Below the pieces are notes generated by a model. That model did not search any database and was not told the origin of the DNA. It saw nothing but the letters and a program-made list of their open reading frames with translations. Made by a program: the position numbers and the translations under genes. Source: Pelotomaculum sp. PtaB.Bin104 (GTDB taxonomy: Bacteria > Bacillota > Desulfotomaculia > Desulfotomaculales > Pelotomaculaceae). From it: a stretch of DNA of 24,000 nucleotides. Shown here in pieces: positions 17,399 through 23,755 of this stretch. How positions within the stretch are numbered: position 1 is the first letter of the stretch; each line of letters starts with the position of its first letter. The stretch lies in assembly GCA_002067205.1 (NCBI GenBank), contig MVQL01000164.1, positions 42,046 to 66,045 of the forward strand. The letters are read 5' to 3'.

Positions 17399-17521
17399 CT
17401 CATCCACTCCAGTTATGACTTCAATTGTTATAATGTATTGACTTCACTAAGATCATTCACCGGGGAACGCTGCTATTTTCTTTGAATCAAGTGACTGTTA
17501 ACATGTTTACTGTGCATATCA

Positions 17522-17959
17522 TCAGTCGATTATGTTGATTTCACTGACATCCTCCACCAGAAAATGCCGGTAGTCCCTTTTTGTACAGAGGCCAACGGTA
17601 CCGCGATCAGTAAGGCACAGAATATAGTCCTCATTGATTTCATCTCTGTGGGCCTGGAAAGACGATCCGCCGTTTAGACCGATGACTTTCGCATTTTTAA
17701 ATTCACCTATCCCCGCTGCGCCCATCACATACAGGAGGCTAGGTCCCCTAGCCTCCTCGTCGTTAGGGAATTCTTGTTCCATTAAAGCTTTCATCACATC
17801 GGTACCCATAAGGGCAACCAAGTTGTTGTTGTCCAGCATCCGGATTACTGTGCCTGAATGCAAGCTCCGCTCCTTTGATATGTTCTCGAATATAAAAGAA
17901 CCTGCTACCAGCAATAAGATGATCATACCGCTCAATATGATTTTTTTATTCAAAGACAT
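17522..17959 (-). CDS. membrane-anchored protein of unknown function (N-terminal signal-anchor, ~115-aa extracytoplasmic domain)
   Basis: Start placed at MSLNKKIILSGMIILLLVAGSFIF (ATG 17959), with GGGTGA 8 nt upstream. The ORF-track GTG at 17971 has no RBS. No family recognised. Confidence 0.65.
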   Translation of the reverse strand: MSLNKKIILSGMIILLLVAGSFIFENISKERSLHSGTVIRMLDNNNLVALMGTDVMKALMEQEFPNDEEARGPSLLYVMGAAGIGEFKNAKVIGLNGGSSFQAHRDEINEDYILCLTDRGTVGLCTKRDYRHFLVEDVSEINIID

Positions 17960-18025
17960 CGCTTTAATCACCCGATATTTATGAACTATTACTCATAATT
18001 TAATGCCACATAACTCCAGCCAAAA

Positions 18026-18778
18026 TTAATATCCCTTCAACTGTTGCTTGGTGAGTGTCTGCCAGGTTGCACCGCAAGCGTCCCCGGCCACAATTGGAGC
18101 TACCAGCAAAACATACTTACCGTCCATCATAACCGGCTTTACCATATCCCCAAGACGCACAAGTTCATCATCCGCCAGCAAGGCCCCATCCGGGCTCTTA
18201 ACCATGGCAATATTGGTCTGAGACCGAATGCTTCCAACATCGGCTACACCATTTGCGCTTTTTAATTTAAGCTTACCCCTCAAGCGGCCGTCATTACCGC
18301 TTAAACGCAAACCCACCCCGGCCAGTGCACCGATAATCCCCTGACCGGTGCCGCCATGTTCGGAAAGGTGCACACCCAGCTGCTGCGCCAGGCTATACGC
18401 CTCCTGCTTGGTGATCACAACCTCCTTGGCTTTACGGCCAAAAGCAATAAGCAGATCAGGCTGGCTAAGCCGGTCCGGAACCGCGATACACAGGCCTGGA
18501 TCAGACCCAGACGCACTTTCTTTAATTATATACTCGGTAGCATAACTTGTTAAAGAATCTAGGTCAGTATCATTTACTTCTGCGACAAAACACATCGAGC
18601 TGTTATGCGAGGTGTACGGGACATCCGGATGTATCAACAACTGGTGCCGGGTCACACCGTAACTCTTGCCCCAGCCTTGCTCTTCCATAGTCTCTGATAT
18701 TGAGTAAACCAGTTCACCGGTACCCCACGCACTATCAATTCTGTCAGTATCATCAGCACATAATAAAACCCGTATCAA
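18026..18778 (-). CDS. stand-alone TiaS-kinase-domain (TCKD)-like protein (hypothesis); otherwise conserved hypothetical
   Basis: The ORF track gives 18026..18814 (ATG, no RBS). TTG at 18778 has GGGAGG 9 nt upstream and yields (M)IRVLLCADDTDR.. Ordered motifs: DDTD, HPDVPYTSHNSSMCFVAEV, SDPGLCIAV, HGGTGQGIIGALAGVGLRL. From memory these match the TiaS N-terminal domain. No OB-fold or Zn-ribbon region is present. Confidence 0.7.
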   Translation of the reverse strand: MIRVLLCADDTDRIDSAWGTGELVYSISETMEEQGWGKSYGVTRHQLLIHPDVPYTSHNSSMCFVAEVNDTDLDSLTSYATEYIIKESASGSDPGLCIAVPDRLSQPDLLIAFGRKAKEVVITKQEAYSLAQQLGVHLSEHGGTGQGIIGALAGVGLRLSGNDGRLRGKLKLKSANGVADVGSIRSQTNIAMVKSPDGALLADDELVRLGDMVKPVMMDGKYVLLVAPIVAGDACGATWQTLTKQQLKGY

Positions 18779-18845
18779 TTCTTTTAACCTCCCTAGGTCA
18801 TTTTTATTCTGCATAATACAATTTTTGTTGGCTCTTTTTTACCTA

Positions 18846-19097
18846 TTAACTGACTGGAAAACCTTTATAACAACTGAATCCAGAGCGTGCCCACCGCCTG
18901 AATCGACAGTTGTAACAGGTCAACGCATCTTCAAGGAAAGACTCCTCCTCTACATCATCTTGATAAACCGGACAGGCTTTGGCAAGAATCTCAGCGGCAC
19001 TGAGGTCATCCCTAACATTGCTGTCCCCGGTAAAATATTTAGTACCATCCTTTTCCCTAATATATTTTGATAAAACATCTCTGACGGAATTGTCCAT
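18846..19097 (-). CDS. small acidic protein with four Cys (C42, C61-x2-C64, C76); possible metal or Fe-S binding
   Basis: ATG preceded by GGGGGAG with a 7-nt spacer. 83 aa. The stop is 31 nt before the ORF-track start of the TiaS-like gene. No family recognised. Confidence 0.65.
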   Translation of the reverse strand: MDNSVRDVLSKYIREKDGTKYFTGDSNVRDDLSAAEILAKACPVYQDDVEEESFLEDALTCYNCRFRRWARSGFSCYKGFPVS

Positions 19098-19266
19098 AGG
19101 CTATTCTCCCCCGCAATAATAACTTATTTTTTAAAAGAAATTAATTTCACTTTTATACCCTCCTGCGCTCCTGACATCCATAGGCGGAGCATTCAGGTCA
19201 AGATAACCACCTTCAGGAAGACATAAATATTTATCCGTGTTACGGCCTAGCTTTAACCTAATACAG

Positions 19267-21270
19267 TTATATGCTTGTGCTAATTTCCAATATCTCTGAG
19301 ATATCCATTACTTTTATGTTTTTTTCATGTGCATCTACCGGTGTGTCTTTAGCGAAGGCCGTCAGACAATACGGGCAAGCCGTACAGACCACCTCCGCTC
19401 CACTTGCGGCGGCTTCAACAATACGGTTATTAGTGATTTGGTTGTTTGTTTTAACCTTGGTCCAAGCCCGGCCCCCCCCGGCGCCGCAACAAAAAGAACT
19501 GTTTCTGGAGCGGGCCATTTCGATCAGCCGGACGCTGGGAATGGCCGTTAAAACTTCCCTGGGCTCGTTAAAGGTTTCATTGTAGCGGCCAAGATAACAG
19601 GGATCATGGTAGGTGATGGTTTTATCAAGGTTTTTAACAGGCCTTAGTCTCCCCTTTTTCAATAGTTCGGCCAGAAAGACAGAGTGGTGATTGACATTGT
19701 ATGCTGCGCCAAACTGGGGATACTCATTATTCAAGGTATTGAAACAATGCGGACAGGCAGTTATGATTTTTTTGACCCCCTTATTGTTCCAGGCAGATAT
19801 GTTATTCTGAACAATTTTTTGGTAAAGTCGTTCATCCCCCATTCGGCGTGCTGCTTCCCCACAACACCACTGGTCATTTCCCAAAACAGCAAAATCAACT
19901 CCGGCCCTCTTAAGAACCTCGATCATGGCTTTGGTGGTTTTCCTGGCCTGCTCGTCAAATAAACCGGCACAGCCAACAAAATAAAAATATTCTGCGCTTG
20001 GGTGATTATCCAGGGTCGGCACCTCTAATTTCCTGATCCAATCATAAGCGGCATCAGGGTCTAAACCCCAGGGGTTGCCTTGATGTTCTATACCGGTACA
20101 CACCTTCCTCACTTCTTCTGGAACGTTCTGCTGTGCAGATATAATGTAACGGCGCATTTCGAATAGTCTGGCTGTGTGCTCGATAGAAATCGGGCAGATT
20201 TCCACGCATGCCCCGCAGGTGGTACAGTTCCAGATAAACTCGTCTTCAAAAACATCTCCAGTGATGTTTTTCTTTAGTACTTTCCGCTCTGTTTCAGTAG
20301 CTTTTTTGTATCGCGAAGCTTGCGGTAACGCACTGTACTTCATTAGAACAGGCGCCTTTTGGTCTATATGCTTGCGCAGGCGCCCGTTGAACCGCTTTGG
20401 TTTATGCTGTTCACCGCTCTGGTGAGAGGGACAATGTTCATCACAGCGGCCGCATTTGACACAGGCATAGGCGTCAAACAATTGCTTCCAGGTAAAGTCC
20501 TCCAAATTATTGGCTCCAATAGAAACCTCTTCCCCATCCAATTCAATCTTCCTGATCGCTCCTTTTGGCTCGAGCTTATGCCAGTAGGTATTAAAGGGAG
20601 CAAAAACCAGGTGCAGGTGCTTGGAGCGCGGTATGATAAAGAATAAAGCAAACACAGCCAAAAAGTGCGACCAAAAGAAAATGGTGCCCACTCTTTCCAT
20701 GCTGTTTCTATCCATGTTACCTAACCAGCCGGCAATAGCGGCCGCTAAAGGGGCAAACCCGGCCGGGACGTCGTTTTCGCCCAGGGCGATTTGGACCCCG
20801 TGAAACGAAGCCTCAGAAATGATAATGATTAGGATTAACAAAATAATTACGAATGCGATCGGAGTGTTTTTAAGCCACTGTGGCTTAAAAATTGTTCTGC
20901 GCAGAAGTAAACCAACACACGCAACTATGATAAAAATAGCAAATACATCTTTTATCAACAGGTAAACCAGATTATCGCCAATATAGGGAATTCTGGTAGA
21001 AAACAGGCCTTCCGCAACCATGTTCACCATGCCTGCCAGCAGAAACAAAAACCCCCATAGGATAAACCAGTGTAAAACCCCAAAGAGAGGCTTTTGCATT
21101 ATTCTCTTATGGCACAACAACTGGGAGAAAAAATAAATTAGCCGCCTGCCGGGATGGTCTGAACGATCTTCCGGCCTGCCCAGCTTGGTGTAAAGGTAGC
21201 GCCTGTAAACCTCGTAGAAGAAAAACCCTCCGGAAATAATTAATAGGGCAAAAAAAATAATTGCTTCCAT
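19267..21270 (-). CDS. membrane-bound Fe-S oxidoreductase: N-terminal multi-TM (NarI/DsrM-like) domain fused to an HdrD/DsrK-like module with 2x[4Fe-4S] motifs and two CCG domains
   Basis: Start moved to MEAIIFFALL.. (ATG 21270), with GGAGG 8 nt upstream. About 6 TM helices. Ferredoxin motifs CVKCGRCDEHCP and CTTCGACVEICP. Cys-rich CCG-type repeats: VGCAG...WCCGEA...CPHC, then HDPCYLGR...FCCGAGGG...CPYC. Confidence 0.9.
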   Translation of the reverse strand: MEAIIFFALLIISGGFFFYEVYRRYLYTKLGRPEDRSDHPGRRLIYFFSQLLCHKRIMQKPLFGVLHWFILWGFLFLLAGMVNMVAEGLFSTRIPYIGDNLVYLLIKDVFAIFIIVACVGLLLRRTIFKPQWLKNTPIAFVIILLILIIIISEASFHGVQIALGENDVPAGFAPLAAAIAGWLGNMDRNSMERVGTIFFWSHFLAVFALFFIIPRSKHLHLVFAPFNTYWHKLEPKGAIRKIELDGEEVSIGANNLEDFTWKQLFDAYACVKCGRCDEHCPSHQSGEQHKPKRFNGRLRKHIDQKAPVLMKYSALPQASRYKKATETERKVLKKNITGDVFEDEFIWNCTTCGACVEICPISIEHTARLFEMRRYIISAQQNVPEEVRKVCTGIEHQGNPWGLDPDAAYDWIRKLEVPTLDNHPSAEYFYFVGCAGLFDEQARKTTKAMIEVLKRAGVDFAVLGNDQWCCGEAARRMGDERLYQKIVQNNISAWNNKGVKKIITACPHCFNTLNNEYPQFGAAYNVNHHSVFLAELLKKGRLRPVKNLDKTITYHDPCYLGRYNETFNEPREVLTAIPSVRLIEMARSRNSSFCCGAGGGRAWTKVKTNNQITNNRIVEAAASGAEVVCTACPYCLTAFAKDTPVDAHEKNIKVMDISEILEISTSI

Positions 21271-21392
21271 ATTGCCTGCCTCCTGCATATCCAACGAAAA
21301 CACCTGGGGAATATATCCGTTGTTCATCCGGTCACATCAACTCTATCTGAGATCTAGCGTTATTTTCGTAAAAACAAGTCTTAAAATATAAT

Positions 21393-21429
21393 TGCCGGGC
21401 CATCTTTGCGAAAAACAAAGCTGGCCCGG
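21393..21429. other. long near-perfect hairpin upstream of the Fe-S oxidoreductase gene
   Basis: GCCGGGCCA-t-CTTTG-CGAAAAA-CAAAG-c-TGGCCCGGC: 14 bp with one internal mismatch. On the minus strand it is followed by AATTATATTTT, which is only moderately U-rich. It could be a terminator insulating the operon from the AT-rich island, or a protein or RNA structural site. Confidence 0.5.
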
Positions 21430-22434
21430 CATAGCCTTCAAGCCCAGCTCTCCTTTTCGTAATGGAAGGCACACTTGTTTCCCGGTGTACCCTGTCGTCC
21501 AACAACCATAGCGATATGCTTTAGGTAAGTTTGGATCGGAGAGATAATTTGTATCTTATTCGTATTTTTTTCGACTATCATAGAGCAAATTCCTGCAATA
21601 AAATCTTGGAAACTTAAAAATATTACTTTTGTGTAAACTGCATGCCGAAATGTTTGATAATTAAAAACACTATTAACAACTAAAATAACCATTATTTACT
21701 TAGAGGTGATATCCAACATTAGTAGAACCATTTTTAGCAACAAAGGAGGTGTATTGGAAGCCGGTGATGCGGCCGGTAACTGGAGCACCAACGGTCCATG
21801 TAAAACCGTGATCACACCGTTTAAAAAATCATACATGCAATTTTATCAATTCAAATACTGGGAAAGACCCTTGCGTTTTATTGACATTTTGTTCAAATAG
21901 AAAAGCTGAATTACATCTTTGTGCGATCACCTAAATTGATCTAACAGATCGCGATGAATTAGATAGACTTATGCATAATAAGCTCACATTTATATATATA
22001 TGCTCCCATTAAGGTAGACAGTTAATATAAAAAACTGTGTGCCGAAAGGGGAGCATTTTCTATGCCACAAAAGAGTAAAGTACTATTCATAAAAATATAT
22101 AAAACCTATTCATAATTGTTTTTTAATTTATCAACTGCTCTTTTTAACTTATGATGAAATTACGGTTAAGGATAGTTACACTGAATTGGGATATGCCAAA
22201 ATCGAGTTATTGCTCAAAAAGCTCGAAGGTGGAAGGTTGGAAAATAAGGTTGGGCTACTCAGTGAGTTCCTCCATTTCAGAATAATGCGATATTCCTGAG
22301 GTTTGAAACGAATCGTGTCATTCATATGGACTGGTAAAATTCGCAAAAGATTACTTGTAACATAGGTAAACTAGTAAGAAAATCAGACCTCAAAACCTGT
22401 CACCTTTTCGGTGGTTTTTTTTGTCTATTTTGTA

Positions 22435-22462
22435 ACATTTTATGGAATACGAACATAATGTA
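22435..22462 (+). promoter_or_regulatory. weak match to a sigma-K-type (late mother-cell) promoter upstream of the first paralog
   Basis: AC (22435-22436), 17-nt spacer, CATAatgTA (22454-22462), ~40 nt upstream of the start codon. This is a low-information consensus in AT-rich DNA, so chance is a real possibility. Confidence 0.25.
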
Positions 22463-22502
22463 CTTGTGAATTGCTTCTAAATCTTTAAGGAGGATGTCGT
22501 TT

Positions 22503-23009
22503 GTGAAAGAGAAATTTTGTATTGACATTTTAAAATGCATTAAATCTGGAGTAGAGGATATTGAAGCCAAACTGGATGACCCGAAAACCGGGTTGGCAGA
22601 AATCAAGCAGGAGATCAAGGATATCGAAAAAAGACTGGATAAGATGGACGACAAGAAAGACGATAAAAAGGACGAAAATATCATGTGGGTGCTTAAAGGT
22701 AAGAAAAAGAGATTCACTGTCCCCTGTGTTGGTAACGTAACGATAATTACGGAATTTCAATATGTATTTGTAGGACGGCTTGTACCAGATAAAGACGACT
22801 GCTGTGACCACGACGGGCGTAAGGAATTAGATGATTTCATCACCCTAACACTAACAGCTCCCCTTTTAGCTGTATCAGGAAACGGCGAAGCTATATTAGA
22901 ACAACCATATTATGTGGAAGGCGACACAGTGCTCATTAATATCGATCAAATTAATACTATCGGCCCCGCAAATCCTCCTTTCACGGCAATGTCATTAACT
23001 ATAAGCTAG
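22503..23009 (+). CDS. unknown-family protein, paralog 1: charged coiled-coil N-terminal module plus a ~85-aa C-terminal domain shared with the next gene
   Basis: The ORF-track ATG at 22494 lies 1 nt after AAGGAGG. The in-frame GTG at 22503 is 10 nt after it and is preferred. N-terminal part: EDIEAKLDDPKTGLAEIKQEIKDIEKRLDKMDDKKDDKKDE. C-terminal domain: CVGNVTIITEF..GRL...LTLTAPLL...YYVEGDTVLINIDQINTIGPAN. Confidence 0.8.
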   Translation: MKEKFCIDILKCIKSGVEDIEAKLDDPKTGLAEIKQEIKDIEKRLDKMDDKKDDKKDENIMWVLKGKKKRFTVPCVGNVTIITEFQYVFVGRLVPDKDDCCDHDGRKELDDFITLTLTAPLLAVSGNGEAILEQPYYVEGDTVLINIDQINTIGPANPPFTAMSLTIS

Positions 23010-23031
23010 ATAAGCAATGATGTAGCAGTTA

Positions 23032-23105
23032 TTGACGCCAAAGAGGCAAACCGAACACCGTGTTTACAGAAATCAAGAGACCGTCAGTCATTTGGATAAG
23101 GAAGA
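23032..23105 (+). repeat. decayed, untranslatable copy of the paralog-1 N-terminal (coiled-coil) coding segment
   Basis: 23032-23078 (ATTGACGCCAAAGAGGCAAACCGAACACCGTGTTTACAGAAATCAAG) aligns with 22560-22607 (ATTGAAGCCAAACTGGATGACCCGAAAACCGGGTTGGCAGAAATCAAG). About 36 of 48 positions are identical by hand, with one 1-nt indel. TGGATAAG recurs at 23094 versus 22636. The remnant has stops and frame breaks. Confidence 0.6.
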
Positions 23106-23163
23106 TCATCGGGAGATATATCATAATTAGACTAAATAATATATGTGAAGGAGTTAATAAGTT

Positions 23164-23433
23164 ATGTTTGATTTTAATGAAATCTGTGTTGGAAACGTAA
23201 CGGTGCTCATGGCAAATCAGCTAGTATTAACTGGACGTATTTCGAGGCATCCTGTGAAAGTTGATGATGAGGACTTTTTCGTCCTAACACTAACTGCACC
23301 CCTCTTAATAGAACCAGGTAATAAGGGTCCTGCACCAGAACTGCCATTTTATGTAGTAGGGGACACAGTTAAAATTAATGAAGATAATGTTATTAGTATC
23401 GGCCCCGCGAACATAACTAACGGCGGCGTCTAA
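23164..23433 (+). CDS. unknown-family protein, paralog 2 (C-terminal domain only)
   Basis: ATG with GAAGGAG 10 nt upstream. 89 aa. Hand alignment to paralog 1 gives 38 identical of 76 aligned residues (CVGNVT, GR, LTLTAPLL, GDTV.IN, IGPAN) with one 7-residue gap. A hairpin terminator follows. Confidence 0.8.
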   Translation: MFDFNEICVGNVTVLMANQLVLTGRISRHPVKVDDEDFFVLTLTAPLLIEPGNKGPAPELPFYVVGDTVKINEDNVISIGPANITNGGV

Positions 23434-23453
23434 AACTAGTATATTATTTAACA

Positions 23454-23483
23454 AATAACGAGGCTTAAACAAGCCTCGTTATT
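23454..23483 (+). terminator. hairpin terminator after the paralog pair
   Basis: AATAACGAGGCTT-AAAC-AAGCCTCGTTATT, a perfect 13-bp stem starting 21 nt after the stop. The U-tract is weak (GTTGGCT), so termination efficiency is uncertain. Confidence 0.55.
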
Positions 23484-23603
23484 GTTGGCTCTGAAAGAGG
23501 TAAACGAGTAATTAATTTAGGAACTTATTAGAAGAAGCATTTACTTAATATGAGCGGAGTCCCCCAAACCAAAGCACCGTGTAAATTATTATTTTCCATG
23601 ATA

Positions 23604-23647
23604 AAAAGGAAGGTTCAACAAAGCTTGCCCGGCTGAACCTTCCTTTT
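23604..23647 (-). terminator. intrinsic terminator of the SLH-domain gene
   Basis: AAAGGAAGGTTCA (23605-23617) pairs with TGAACCTTCCTTT (23634-23646), a 13-14 bp stem with a 16-nt loop. On the minus strand it runs into TTTTTATCA. It is ~110 nt downstream of the stop at 23756. Confidence 0.65.
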
Positions 23648-23755
23648 GTTGATTCTTTTATTGTGCGACCATTCTATCAGTAATAATTTATTTCAACGCG
23701 TTAACAATTATTGTGTCATCAACATTCTCAAATTTTCCGGCACATCAGATTATTT

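Noticed and set aside
17634-18553. Plus-strand ORFs antisense to the 145-aa and TiaS-like genes
   Set aside because: They have no RBS and an antisense-type composition.
18825-19070. 81-aa plus-strand ORF opposite the 83-aa Cys protein
   Set aside because: The minus-strand ORF has a strong GGGGGAG RBS and a more protein-like sequence. The plus-strand one has none.
19223-19234. Perfect 12-bp palindrome ATAAATATTTAT just downstream of the Fe-S gene stop
   Set aside because: It consists only of A and T, is short, is not repeated and has no flanking half-sites. Such a palindrome is expected by chance in AT-rich spacers.
19271-20803. Plus-strand ORFs and a 95-aa minus-strand out-of-frame ORF within the Fe-S oxidoreductase gene
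   Set aside because: They are shadows of a confidently identified 667-aa CDS.
21438-21692. 84-aa minus-strand ORF ending just before the 21393-21429 hairpin
   Set aside because: There is no RBS at the annotated ATG and the sequence is not protein-like. An internal 47-codon version has only a weak AGGAA. It is kept as an open question under the AT-rich island finding rather than called.
21706-21900. 64-aa plus-strand ORF (GTG start)
   Set aside because: The GTG overlaps its own putative RBS. The internal AAAGGAGGTG is only ~4 nt from the next possible start (TTG). There are no recognisable features, so it is mentioned only under the island finding.
22400-22811. Minus-strand ORFs (105 and 93 aa) opposite paralog 1
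   Set aside because: They are low-complexity Ser/Leu/Phe-rich antisense frames of the K/D/E-rich coding segment.
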